Below, in pieces: positions 49,457 through 62,774 of a stretch of 64,000 nt of DNA. Within the stretch, counting starts at the first letter, position 1. The number at the start of each line of letters is the position of its first letter. Position numbers and translations under genes: made by a program. The notes below the pieces were generated by a model. It saw only the letters and a program-made list of their open reading frames with translations, was not told where the DNA came from and did not search any database. This DNA comes from Octopus bimaculoides (Eukaryota): contig NC_068995.1 of NCBI RefSeq assembly GCF_001194135.2, positions 28,638,454-28,702,453 on the forward strand, in the 5' to 3' direction.

Positions 49457-51607
49457 ACGAGGTAGGAAGGGAGTTAGAAAGAGAGAAACGAGTGAGGAAG
49501 AGAGTTAGAAAGAAAGAAAGAGCCGTTGTAAGTATTGAAGTAAAATAATGTAAAATAATGTAAGTTTATAGTCTAAAAGGCAGGAAAAGCGTAGCAAAAG
49601 AGAAAAATGTCCACTAAAACAATCCTCCTATTTCCTTTCCCCTTGTGAAAGCTTTCTGAGATAGATCAAAATGAAATGAAAGAGGGTTGTAAAATAAGAG
49701 CTGCGATTTGTTTGGATGGTTTAACTTTGGAGATGATGCAAAGAAAAATACGTTTGGTAATTTTCCTTTGTTTCTTGTAAGAAAGAGTAAGGAACTGCCT
49801 GATAGTACTGAACATGAAATTGAGCTTAAATGATCTGTAATTGTGTTAAAAGAAATACCGTATCGGTTCTAAATGTTTTTCTCTCACTTCTATCATTAAA
49901 GTCACAGAAGTGTGTGTTCACTAGTAATAGATTTTTTTTTATCGTAAGTTGCTTTAGATGTGGTATTTCTACAGTAAAAATATTTTCGATTATATTTATA
50001 CAAATTTATTGCTATTATCTAGCGATAAACTTGACTAAGCTGAAGATACAAAAGTGTATAAAACAAAAGAAAGTGGATATGGAAGTGGTATTTAACTCAC
50101 TGGGGAAGACTGTTACTGAATGTAATGAATGAAATATTTTGATGAATGCTTTCTGTTTTGTTTGTGTCAGATATTATCTGCATAAAAAGGAAGCAGAAAC
50201 ATAAAACAACACGGAAACCCCTGACTGAAAAAGAGCAGTTGCACAGTGTCTTTTTTTTTTTCTTTTTGCTGTAGACTCTTGTAGCTTTTCTCATTTTAAC
50301 TCGAAGTTTACAAGAGGCAGAGTCGAACAACTCAGGAAAAATGTCATAGACCGAATCAGATATAAGATCTACCTACACAGTTTTGAAGAAAAATGCGCAC
50401 ATTTTACTCCCAAAACTGATACTTATGTTTTAATCTATTTTTTTTTATACGGGGGACCGAAGTCTAAAAATGGCAACAACTACAAATTCAACGTGTCCCG
50501 CACCCTTATGTGAATAAACTAATAAGTAAGCAAGGGGACGAGTAAAGCAAGCGTTATATATGATAAAGAATTTATTGAGCCAAGACAATCATGTTTTTCT
50601 TCCTACAACTAAACCACACTTTGTCTAGTTCCTATTCTCAAACGCGAAACTTCAAAACAATATTATTTATCCATCTGTATATCTCTTGAATAATTTTTTT
50701 CTCAGCGGAAATTTTCTCAAAGAGTATGCATTTACACTTTTAATGTAGATCTCTTGGCATAAGTCCGCTGTTACTTTTCCTCCCCATTGTATTCTTTCTT
50801 TTTATTTCGATCCCATTATATCCCCCATCCTAAAATTCAACGCTATACCAATCATCTGAGTAAAAACTGCATCCTCCTGATGAGAACTTCTAACTAAAAA
50901 CTGATATTAAACATTTCAATCCATTTGAATTGTTGTCTTTATTTCATTTCCATTTTACTTGAATTGTTGTTTTACATAATATTAAACGTATGTAAATTGG
51001 CTGATGTATCAACTACACATTAAGAGGTTTATTAATATGTCTGTTGTGTGTGCATATGTGAGTCTGTTTATGAATGTATATGTGTACACACACACACATA
51101 CAATGTGTGATTGGATGATATGTGTATCACTAGATACACTTAAAAATTCAGCAGGATTAATGAAAAGTATCTAACCTAGACTTTGAGCACATACGTCATT
51201 CTCAAAATATCCCATAACTGGATCAACGTTTGGAACATTAGTCAAAGCACAATACCCATGCGATTATTTCCATAACTACAAGAGTTATTTGGTGACATTC
51301 ATATATGTATTTGAGAAAGATACCATGACATCCCATGCAAAAAAATCAAGGCAAGTAGTATTCTTCAAAACGTCATAGTGTACTTATATGTCTTAGAATG
51401 AACCTTAAAAATGACATTTCATGTTCTTGATATTTTATGGCAGTCAGCAGAGTTAGCTTTTTCCTAACAAGTGGGAGGAATTTGAAATCAATGAGACACG
51501 AATTTTATACTATGTAGCAGCTATTTATAGTATATCTAAGCCGTGTCCACAATACTGGACCAGGTTGAAGATATGAATTGCCAATCTCGAATAGTTATCC
51601 ATTTTAT

Positions 51608-52125
51608 ATTACATGGAAAAATACGAGCATGAAAAGTCATATTCTTAAGATCATAAACCTGGAAAAGTACAGGACAGGTTATTACACCTGTAAAAGTATA
51701 GGACAAGCTATTACTTTTAGTAAAGTAAAGAATAAGAAACTTTTGACTTAAAATATTGCAGCAAAGAATGCCAGTTCTTCTAATTTATCACTCTTTACAG
51801 TTCTCATCTTAAATTTATTGTACAAAACTGTTCAGCTAATTTGTAAGTTTGTCTAATTAGTTACTTTTTTTCTGTATTTAAGGTAGTAAATTAGCCAAAT
51901 TCTACTTAAATAAGTATAGTGTTATTTGTAAACTATAATAAATAAGTTTTAATATTCAAATTTTAATTTTAGTAACATATTTTAAGTAATAAGTTTCTTA
52001 TTCTTTACTTTACTAGAAGTAACATCTTATCCTATACTTTTACAGGTGTAATAACTTGTCCTGTACTTTTCCAGGTTTAGAATCTTGAGAATATCACTTT
52101 TCATGATCGCATTTTCCCATGTAAT
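51608..52125. mobile_element. Fold-back / long-TIR non-autonomous DNA element
   Basis: Arms 51608-51742 and 51991-52125 are reverse complements (~135 bp, roughly 85-90% identical by eye) around an AT-rich spacer. Confidence 0.85.
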
Positions 52126-52949
52126 CCATGATTTTTCCAGGCATTGCTGTTATAAGATAATTAATAATGTATCAGTTAATAAGNNNNNNNNNNTAATTTT
52201 TTTCGTGTTTAATTTAAATATATGTTGTGATTGAATTATTTGATATTACCCATCAACACCAAATTAATGGCAGGGATTTTGACCATGTTGTTGGTTGCTC
52301 CATGGCTCACCAAAAGTTACAAACAACAAGACCTCAAAACCATCAGTTACCAGGTTCACCTTATGTAATCTGATTTTGCAATATTAGGAGGTCATTGAAA
52401 TTCATTCAACGAAAAAAAAAAAAAAAATTCCAATGATTCCGGGATTGGGGGGGGAAGCCCCCAACCTCATTTTTTCCGAACTAAAATAAGGGATTTGCAG
52501 CATATTAGAAGGTCAAGGTACTTGATTCCACGCAAAAAGTTAATTTTTTTTTCTTAGTGAAAATCGTGCGGGTGTTAATATAGAAATTGACCATAATGTT
52601 ATTTAGCCTCAAATAAACTCTGATACTGCAAACGTATCATCAAAGACATTCCATCCTTCAGCAAACCGTCTTTTTAGGGATAATCTGGGACATTACATAC
52701 AGTGGGCGTGTGATTTAGGTAGGGAGATACTTTGGCTGCTATTTTTAGCGTGTCGAGCGACCAGGTAGAGGCTCTTTCATTGGTTCGATTGCGTGATGAG
52801 ATTTTTTCACGCATATATGTAATATGTATATATATCATCGGCAAATGTTAGAGAGTAAGTCAAAAACTGAAAGTTTTGTGTATTGGCACTTATCAAACAC
52901 GAATTTGTCAATTGTCACTCTGCAACTTCTGACGAAATAACTTTTAAAA

Positions 52950-53350
52950 TACAAAATTTTGTCAAAAACGTTAAGAGTAAACCCTGTTCTATGTGACACA
53001 TTCTACCAGTATCGGAAGTTTAAAAGTGTTTAGTTAAAAAAAAATTAATTAAATAATCTGTACGTCTAATTGAATAGATCTGAAATGGATGAAAGGCAAT
53101 GTCAACCTCGGCAGAATTTGAACTCAGAACGTAAAGACAGCCGAAATACCGCTTCTAAGATACAAAATTTTGTCAAAAACGTTAAAAATAAACCCTGTTC
53201 TATGTGACATATTCTACTAGTATCGGAAGTTTAAAAGTGTTTAGTTAAAAAAGAATTAATTAAATAATCTGTACGTTAAAGTCAACCTCGGCGAAATTTG
53301 AACTCAAAAGCGTAAATAAAGTCGAAATACCGTTAAGTATTTCGCACGTC
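52950..53350. repeat. Tandem duplication of a ~200-bp composite unit (unclassified module + SINE A head)
   Basis: TACAAAATTTTGTCAAAAACGTTAA...AATAATCTGTACGT occurs at 52951 and 53161, each followed by a SINE A fragment. Confidence 0.85.
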
Positions 53351-53384
53351 GCGTTAAGAAGGGACAAACAAGGATAGACAAATG

Positions 53385-53556
53385 GATTAAGTCGATTATG
53401 TCGACCCCAGTGCGTAACTGGTACTTATTTAATCGACCTCGATAGGATGAAATGCAAAGTCGACCTCGGCGGAATTCGAACTCACAACGTAGCGGCAGAC
53501 GAAATATCGCTAAACTTTTCGCACGTCGCATTAATGTTTCTGCCAGCTCGCCGCCT
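53385..53556 (-). mobile_element. SINE family A
   Basis: Same family as 47225-47431. Confidence 0.88.
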
Positions 53557-54112
53557 TACAAAGTAAACATTCATTTTAGAAATATATTCTTTATTCTTAT
53601 TGCATAGTCATTACTCCCTTATTTCCTTATTTACTGACATGAAATTTCGTAACATTTTACCTCATAACTGTTTTTATACTAATTTTTGTTCAATGCGACT
53701 AGCGATTCTGAATTCCTCATGCGTTTTTTATCATTTAAGCCTAAGAAAGGTATATTTTTAATTTTAAATTTTAAAATTTATGTTAATTGAAGATGAATAT
53801 CTATCTTACTGCCCCCTTGATGTCGCAGATATTTTGGTGTAACTTTTTTCCTACTGAACCAAATCTCAAACTATTTATGCCAAAGTTTAGCTGAGGAGGT
53901 GTCCTCTTTAAAACTACTAACAGTTTGCAATTTAGTTGAGAACTGAAATAGTGATGAAGCTTGGAAGCTGCTGCGATTGACAAAATGGTGGAATTAAGAA
54001 TATATTCAACCACTACCGTGGTTGAATGATTTCATCGTTAGTTGCAGATAGATTTGCAGTGAGCCAATCACACACACGCGCGCGCAGACACACACACACA
54101 CACGCGCGCGCA

Positions 54113-54168
<56 letters not shown>

Positions 54169-54186
54169 NNNNNNNNNNNNNNNNNN

Positions 54187-54260
<74 letters not shown>

Positions 54261-54294
54261 CGTGTGTTATTAGTTCACTGCATACATACATATA

Positions 54295-54590
54295 CGAGTA
54301 CCTCTGTGGGACAAGCTCGTTGTAGTTCAAGCTTCCGCCGCTAGAAGCGACTTGGTGCAACCCTCAAGCATTAGTCTGCCGGCCGGCGTCGTTAGATGAT
54401 TTCGCATTGCCACGTGATGCGTCTTTGTTTTGCAGTGCTACTCCCCTGTTTGTCGATTTTTGCGATGGCTGAAACGAAGGAACAGCATGCTTCCGTGAAA
54501 TTTTGTTTTCTGCTGGGGAAAACGACAGCCGAAACAGTTGTCATGCTTCAAACAGCTTACAAGGCCGCTGCCATGAGCAAAACACAAAAG
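54295..54590 (+). mobile_element. mariner 5' fragment
   Basis: TA|CGAG start; MAETKEQHASVKFCFLLGKTTAETVVMLQTAYKAAAMSKTQ. Confidence 0.75.
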
Positions 54591-54832
54591 AAGTGGCGTT
54601 GTGGTAAGAAGCTTGCTTCTCAACCACATGGTTCAGGGTTCAGCCCCACAGCGTGGTACCTTGGGCAAGTGTCTTCTACTATAGCATTGGGTTGACCAAA
54701 GCCTTGTAAGTAGATTTGATAGACGGAAACTGAAAGAAACCCGTCGTGTATAATATATATATTTATATGTATGTATGTGTGTATTTGTGTGTCTGTGTTT
54801 GTTCCCTCACCATCACTTGACAACTGAGACTT
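54591..54832 (+). mobile_element. SINE family B, 5' two-thirds
   Basis: GTGGTAAGAAGCTTGCTTCTCAACCACATGG...ACCTTGGGCAAGTGTCTTCT. Confidence 0.85.
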
Positions 54833-55623
54833 NNNNNNNNNNNNNNNNNNNNNNNNNNNNNNNNNNNNNNNNNNNNNNNNNNNNNNNNNNNNNNNNNNNN
54901 NNNNNNNNNNNNNNNNNNNNNNNNNNNNNNNNNNNNNNNNNNNNNNNNNNNNNNNNNNNNNNNNNNNNNNNNNNNNNNNNNNNNNNNNNNNNNNNNNNNN
55001 NNNNNNNNNNNNNNNNNNNNNNNNNNNNNNNNNNNNNNNNNNNNNNNNNNNNNNNNNNNNNNNNNNNNNNNNNNNNNNNNNNNNNNNNNNNNNNNNNNNN
55101 NNNNNNNNNNNNNNNNNNNNNNNNNNNNNNNNNNNNNNNNNNNNNNNNNNNNNNNNNNNNNNNNNNNNNNNNNNNNNNNNNNNNNNNNNNNNNNNNNNNN
55201 NNNNNNNNNNNNNNNNNNNNNNNNNNNNNNNNNNNNNNNNNNNNNNNNNNNNNNNNNNNNNNNNNNNNNNNNNNNNNNNNNNNNNNNNNNNNNNNNNNNN
55301 NNNNNNNNNNNNNNNNNNNNNNNNNNNNNNNNNNNNNNNNNNNNNNNNNNNNNNNNNNNNNNNNNNNNNNNNNNNNNNNNNNNNNNNNNNNNNNNNNNNN
55401 NNNNNNNNNNNNNNNNNNNNNNNNNNNNNNNNNNNNNNNNNNNNNNNNNNNNNNNNNNNNNNNNNNNNNNNNNNNNNNNNNNNNNNNNNNNNNNNNNNNN
55501 NNNNNNNNNNNNNNNNNNNNNNNNNNNNNNNNNNNNNNNNNNNNNNNNNNNNNNNNNNNNNNNNNNNNNNNNNNNNNNNNNNNNNNNNNNNNNNNNNNNN
55601 NNNNNNNNNNNNNNNNNNNNNNN

Positions 55624-55950
55624 ATACACACATGCATACATTAAGATCACCAGCATTCTCTCACACACATGCACCTTCTCGTCTTGGGTTCACCACTTCT
55701 TTGTTATCTCCCCTTTTTCTTAGCTCTCCTGTGTGATCCTTCTGTCCGGCATTTGCCATGATAGATCGCTGACCACTACATTTATATTTTTTTTCTCCTT
55801 GTTTCTTTCCTTATTTCTTTCTGTGTTCCTTTCAGTTGAAGAGCGTAGCTCGAAACGTCAAAGACTTTCTCTTTTCCCGAGCGTTAAACTAATACATCCA
55901 TTTGTTGTTTGCACCACCTGTCTTCGTCTGTTTTTTTTTCTTCGTAAATT
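55624..55950 (+). mobile_element. PLE pseudo-LTR-like segment containing a degenerate hammerhead motif (55829-55863)
   Basis: Pyrimidine-rich tract, GAGC-GTA-GCTC-GAAACGTC motif, T-rich 3' part, (TA)n tail. Confidence 0.55.
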
Positions 55951-55953
55951 CTC

Positions 55954-56004
<51 letters not shown>

Positions 56005-57082
56005 TTTGTTATTAGCGACACGAAGCATAATTAGTAGTACTAATTCTGTCGCTCATAAAAATTTTTAATTTAGCCTGTCGGTTACTTGCGATATCAACAC
56101 CATTGATTTACAATCACTGTTTTTCTATATCTGTAGCGAATGATTTTGTCATAGCATGCGTTTCTTAGTGTATACTTTCAACTGATGGAATTAAAAGAGG
56201 CAGAAATAGCAATACCGCTACTGTTTGCTGGACGATTTTCAACTGATGCTCATATATTTCTGTTTCTTAACACTATACATTTATAAAATATACTATCTAA
56301 AAAACAAATACCGTGGTTTTTCAGGATCTCAACGATGTACATACATTAAATATGATACACAGATTGATATATACATGTATATACATATACATACAACCAT
56401 CAGGTGATACCTTTAACAACTCAAGTAAACTTTCGCTCGGGCAAATTGACGGGTATATCTTTAGACTACAGTACTGAGCTCAGATTACCCCTATGGCAAG
56501 AGAAGTGTAAAATACAATGTTGTCGAATATAATGACATAAAAGAAGTTGTTTTATGATGACAGGAATGGAAAATAAATAAACATTATCAAACAGTCTTGA
56601 TTATTGGTAAATGATATTTTATGTTAGATATGTTACTTATAGCTTTAATTCATCACACCATCATATTTCCATTCTTCCATCGATATTAAACTTTGATCCA
56701 TAAAACGTTATGAGAAAATTTATTGTATCCCGACTGTTTCCTGTTAGTGGCAGTATTTGCATCTAAGTGGAATGCGAAAGCCAAGTTTATATCATAGGCG
56801 GAGGTATAATACGTGACAGGTATCAGAAAATTCCTCAGCTTTTGGTAGGTACTGTGTTAACTGGCACATATCTAACCCTAAAGCATTCCATCGGAAGATC
56901 AACTTGTGAAATAACGCATAAAGTACATCAAACAAGCCTTTCTCTGTTTTCTTTTCCCATAAAATATGTATTTTGAGTATTTTTTAAGTATTTCTGATAT
57001 GGTAAAGTCCTCACGCACACTTTAAATGCTAGAATCACCTGAACTACAAAACCAATGTACTGATGAATGAGATGTAACATTA

Positions 57083-57088
57083 GGTATG

Positions 57089-57168
<80 letters not shown>
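57083..57168. repeat. (CT)n microsatellite
   Basis: Directly visible. Confidence 0.97.
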
Positions 57169-57169
<1 letters not shown>

Positions 57170-57215
57170 ACACAGACACATGTATGCATGTATGTTTATA
57201 TACATACATATACAT

Positions 57216-57974
57216 AATACTATCTGCACCTGAGGCATGATATTGTTACACGATATGCCACCTGCCCTGAGGCATGATATAGTAGCTAAAACTATTTACA
57301 ATGCTATCCGTAGGAAGCATCAAAGGATGTATACATCAAAGACCAGTAGATATATACACCTTTAAAAACAAGGAATACCGGTGGAACACCACAATTAAAG
57401 CATCAATTCGGTGCAAACATAACAGACCTGATATTATTCTGTGGGACAGGGAACAAAATTCATGCACTGTTGTAGAGGTTAGCTGCTCAGCAGTTGTAAA
57501 TAGACAATCAAAAGTCCAGGTATAAGAAAACATTTATAGCGAATTAATGCGGAGCTTCCAACTCTTGTATGCTGGCTGTGAATTCTCATTTGTACCTATC
57601 ATCGTAGGAGCATTAGGTTATGTACCAACAGATTTGCACAAAAAGCTTGAAATTCACGGCTTCACAGAAAAAGTGCAAAAACTGACGCGGATTCTCCAAA
57701 TCCAATCTATTAGTGACACAGTAAAGATTTGCAAGACATTCCAAGAATTCTCCATCTGAGATTCTTATGTGAATAAATGCACACATTTGGATGTATGCAT
57801 TGACAGTTCAACCAACATAGCAACTTAGCTATTTACAATCACCGGGAACTCAAAAACTTTTGTCACTTTGTTAGCGACCGGCTCGAGATCACTCAAAAGA
57901 ACTTAAACTCAAAGAAAAATCACAAAAATACATACATACATACATACATATATACATACATACATACATACATA
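57216..57974 (+). mobile_element. R4/Dong-like retrotransposon 3' end (RLE domain, 3' UTR, (TACA)n tail)
   Basis: LRHDIVAKTIYNAIRRK, WNTTIKASIRCKHNRPDIILWD, FVPIIVGALGYVP; homologous to 1668-2174. Confidence 0.85.
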
Positions 57975-59180
57975 TGTAGGTAGGTGTCATTAGCGTTGGT
58001 CAAGTTGGGCTGGTAACGATTGATTTTATTTTATTGAGTTCATTCACGCAACGTATGTCAATACAGATTCAAAAGGTTAGATTTATATGCGAGTACAAAG
58101 ACAGGTCAAGTCATGTTGTTTGCTTTGAACGGTTGTGTCCGGGCATATCTCCAACGGAGCAAGAAATTTATTAAGTGCTGGCATTGTAAATAAAGTTGTT
58201 GCTTTATACACATCTAATCTGCTTCCACACAGTGCCTTACCCATGCGATGAACCGAAAATATATGAAATGCGTAATCAGGAGAAAATTTAACGAGTGGAC
58301 ACGTTATAAGAACACATGATTACTAACTCATTGAATAACCATCTCAAGGTGATTGAGCAACTATTTCTCAAAATAACGGGATACCGTAGGATAAAGGCAA
58401 TCGACTGTAACGGAAAATTTTATAAACATTAAGGTGAGTCGAATAAAGATTACAAAAAATAAATTGGATAATAAAAAATCGTAAGGATAGGTATAAAATT
58501 ATCCAGCATAGACCTTATCAGAAATAAGATATTGCAAGTGATTAAAATAGAATGAACGCGGAAGTAAGAATTAAAAAATTAAAATCGAAAAAGGGAGAAT
58601 GAGTACCACAGAGAAAATTTAAAAACAGAGCGTAACAAATAAATAAAAATGTGAATACTGAAAAAGTAGGGGAAGGGCGGCAATGAGAGAGAATAGAAGA
58701 GAGAAAATACTGTTATATTCATACACATGTGCGTAAATATACATACACAGATACACACGCGCACACACACACACGCACGCACATACACACACTCAAAAAT
58801 ATTTCATATATACATACCTGTTCATGCATACATGTAAAATTGTCTTAAAAATAGTTAGTTTTCAGAATTCTTCTGTTAAAAATTCTGTAATATCTATGGT
58901 CACTTGAAAAATATCTAAATACTACCAAATTTAAAACTTCTTTTGTTGCCTTAGCCCTAACGCTTATGCTAAATGATTGATTGAAGTACAAAACCTTTTT
59001 AGTTGCAGTTCTATGAGGTCCTCATAATACTCATCTATGTATGTGTAAATATACATATACGCCTACGTATGTAGTATCTATGTATGTGTAAATATTCATA
59101 TGTATATCTATCTATCTATCAACCCACCTACCTACCTACCTACCTACCTACCTACATACATACATACATACATAAATGTT

Positions 59181-59891
59181 AAATGTTGTTATATGGTTAT
59201 GAAAATTGGAAAACTGTAAACCAGACTAGCAGCATCTTCATCAGTGACTTGACTGTTTTCCCTATATCTGATGAGGAATGTTACAGGTATCAAGGGGTGG
59301 ATGAAAACATGACTTACAATAATGGCACCTGTAACAAAACATGAGTCACTAAACAATATTATAACCGAATAAGGAAAATTTGAACATCAGAGCTCTCTGC
59401 ATTCAATAATACAGTGACTCACAATGTGTTTGCAGTGCCAGTACTCATGCCAACATTTAGGCTGTTTGATTGGACGCTTGACGAAATCCGAGCCATTGAT
59501 GTAAAAACCTTAAAAATATACAAGTTTGAAATGTAGCATTGCTTTCGTTATCTATATTCCAACGATAGAACTTTGTATCTTTGTTAGAAACTATCTTCTT
59601 TCACAGTGGAAGAATTTAAATAATTAAAAGCGAAAGGATGAAAGCAAAGTTGACCACGTCGGAATTTGAACTCAGAACCTAACGGCAGACGAAATACCGC
59701 TAAGCATTTCACCCAGCGTGCTAACGATTCTGCCAGCTCACCGCCTTCCCTGCTGTTGATATTAGAATTTCAATGAAGGAGCCTTGGATCTAGGTTAGAA
59801 ACCGGCTCTTTTTGGCAAGAAATCTTGAAATAAAACTGAATAATCACATACATACGTACATACATACATACATACATACGTACATACATAC
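59181..59891 (+). mobile_element. Internally deleted R4/Dong-like element with a SINE A insertion (59630-59747, minus) and (TACA)n tail
   Basis: 59181-59520 matches rc of 2770-3095; joins 3' UTR shared with 61670-61775; terminal 100 bp matches rc of 1394-1500. Confidence 0.82.
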
Positions 59892-60304
59892 ATACATACA
59901 TACATACATACGTGATGGCTGCAAACTCGTGTTCGAGTATTGCCATCATCTGATCGAATGTCCCACACATGCGAAGGCTACGACTAGCCATTTTTGTAAT
60001 AGGTCTTACCTTTTTTTCAAGTGATGCTTGTGCATGATGATTTTTTTATGGTGGGGAAAGGATTTACACAAATCCAATCCTACTCTCTGAACATGGACAA
60101 CATAAACTCGAAAAGAAGTACTTGTCTACGTCATCGAATATTGACAGTGTTGCAGGTTTTCTCTCAGAGTTTCCATCTCTTAGAGAGATGTTGTGAGAAC
60201 AATAGAGGGGCCTCCCACACCCAGTGGGCCAATCGCGCGCCTGCACCCGAACCCAGGTATTTCTACATCCCTGCGCATAAATACATGCATACATACACAT
60301 GTAC

Positions 60305-60510
60305 ACATGTTGGATGGCTGTTGACTGCTCATGAGCTCCTCCTCCTTTTGACAGGTTTTATTTTTCGTCCTGCAGGGTGTCCAACAATCACCCTCCTCAC
60401 CAAGCAAGCTTGATGGGTTTGCCAGTTTAGTCGCTGACGACCCGACCATGCAACAGGCTTTACTGAGTCACATGTTACCAGTAGCATCCAAGAGCGACCT
60501 GACATTACAT
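60305..60510. repeat. Probable retroelement UTR fragment, unclassified
   Basis: Higher-GC block between microsatellites with no credible ORF; family assignment not established. Confidence 0.3.
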
Positions 60511-60522
60511 AACACACACACA

Positions 60523-60622
<100 letters not shown>

Positions 60623-60659
60623 CACACACACGCACACACACACATGTGGGCGCCTGAAA

Positions 60660-60790
60660 TTATTTTAGTCGAAGGAATTGACCCTACTCCTTATGTTTAA
60701 GCCTGGCACTTATTCTATCGCTATCTTTTGCCGAACGGTGAAACCATGTAGTTGGGAAGCAAGCTCCTTACAACACAACCACGCCTGTGC
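60660..60790 (-). mobile_element. SINE family B, internally deleted
   Basis: 3' module joined directly to head (AACCATGTAGTTGGGAAGCAAGCT). Confidence 0.65.
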
Positions 60791-60985
60791 CTGTAAATTA
60801 GACTAGTGCAAATACTTGACAAAAGCCTAAAGGCAATTTCACTGCAGTTTACTATGGAGTAAAAGTTCTTGCTAATGGTGAAAGGTGTAAGTATACCATT
60901 ATCAGTTCAGTGTGGCCTCTATTGGCCCCCTAGACGCATCTATGTCTCGTTATACCGTCATAGTTCAGTCCCACTGTGTGTGTGT

Positions 60986-61045
<60 letters not shown>

Positions 61046-61062
61046 ATGTGTGTACGTGCTGT

Positions 61063-61365
61063 GACAACTTGGGCAGATGTCTTCTAATATAGCCTCGGAC
61101 CAACCAAAGCCTTGTGAATGGATTTGATCGACGAAAATTGAAAGAAGCCCATCGTATACTCACGCTCGCACGCGCGCAATTCACACATTTATATCTGTGT
61201 CTGCTTGACTTTGTGTCTCTGTTTGACCTCCACCACCACTTGAGACCGATACAATAGGCTTAAAAATAACTACTGGGGTCGATTCGTTCGGCTAAAATTG
61301 TTCAAGGGTGAGCCCCAGCATGGCCGCGGTATAATGGTTGAAACAGGTAAAAAGGAGTGTAAGTA
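61063..61365 (+). mobile_element. SINE family B, 5'-truncated
   Basis: TTGGGCAGATGTCTTCT...GGGGTCGATTCGTTCGGCTAAA...CAGCATGGCCGC. Confidence 0.8.
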
Positions 61366-61780
61366 TAACAAACCGCATATTTTTGTTTGGTACACAAAAA
61401 AAAAAAAGAAAACAATGTACCGTCATAGATGTCAGCTGTTCTGCTGATGTGAATATCGCTTTGAAAATCATAGACAAAGACTATATGTATGGACAACTGC
61501 TTCGAATCTTCCAGCTTCTATATTCAGATGATAAATTTAGATTTGTAATCTGGATATAATTGGCAGTTTAGATAAGCTTCGATTTTAAGAAAAAGAAATC
61601 AACTCGCACTTTACAAATGCAATCTGTAAGTGAAACAGTAAAATTATGCAAGACTTTTCTCAAGTTTGAAATGTAGTATTGCTTTCTATATCTATATTCC
61701 AACGATAAGACTGTGTATCTTTGTTAGAAACCAGCTTCTCTCTCAGTGAAAGAATTTAAATAATTAAACACAAAAGAGAA
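61366..61780 (+). mobile_element. R4/Dong-like retrotransposon 3' fragment
   Basis: KQCTVIDVSCSADVNI, FQLLYSDDKFRFV, QSVSETVKLCKTFLKFEM*. Confidence 0.75.
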
Positions 61781-62774
61781 TACGTGTGAATATATGTATA
61801 TGGTCGTATTTATACGCGTGTGTTTGTATGAGTATGTATATGTATTTTCATTTATGTACGGTCGGTATACCCTACCAATGAAGGTAGAGTATTTATTACT
61901 TAAACCAGAAATCAGAAGATTTAGGGCAAACCATAATAATTTTACGAAATCTTTTTTTTATCCATTTTCCTCGAATCCAACCCTGTGCTAATGGAGTGCA
62001 AATTGAAAGTGGTTTATAGTCGTTTGACGTCTGTCTCTTGCATATAAGTGCTGTACCTTCAGTACCCTTCATTATAGTTATATATACGCTCACACATATA
62101 TAGGTATACGTTGTATATACATGTATATATTTGAGTGGGTGTGTATATAAATATACATGTATGTATGTATGTATGTATGTAATTATGCATGTATTAATTG
62201 GCTTGACATTGAACAGCATCCGGTGGTGAGGTTCCTGCTCGGGAGTTCTATTGTGGAATCAGCCGTTAATTACCATTACCGTCAGAGAGTATGAAGCGAT
62301 CTCTTTAATTACCATTCCCCACCTCTCAGGTATGACCTAGAATAGTAGTACCTGTCAGACTACCATCTATAGGTTAAGTAGATATCCCAGGTACAGGATG
62401 AGGGATTCCCGTTATTTTTCATAAAGCCATAGAGCGTCTTCTTGGAGAAAGACATTCTCACATAAACTTGCTGTCAAAATAGCCCCAATCATCTTGCAAT
62501 GCTTATTTCTGTAACCTACTGTAAGTAACAAAAGTATAGTACAAGTTTTTGTCACTTAAATTCAGTGACGTTTTATCTAATGTGAGACAGCTGTCTTTTG
62601 ACGCGGCAATCATTATGTATACAAATGAGTGAACAAACGAGTGGTAGTGACACTCATCACATATCGTTGGAGCTGTATTTATAGAATAACATTTTGATGT
62701 AGCTCCTCATATTAAAGTTTCATACGAGAGAAAGCACAGCTACTTACTTGGAGATTCGAAAGTTAAGTGAAGAA

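Noticed and set aside
50876-50905. CTGATGAG...AAAAC as a hammerhead
   Set aside because: No GAAA and no convincing stem II.
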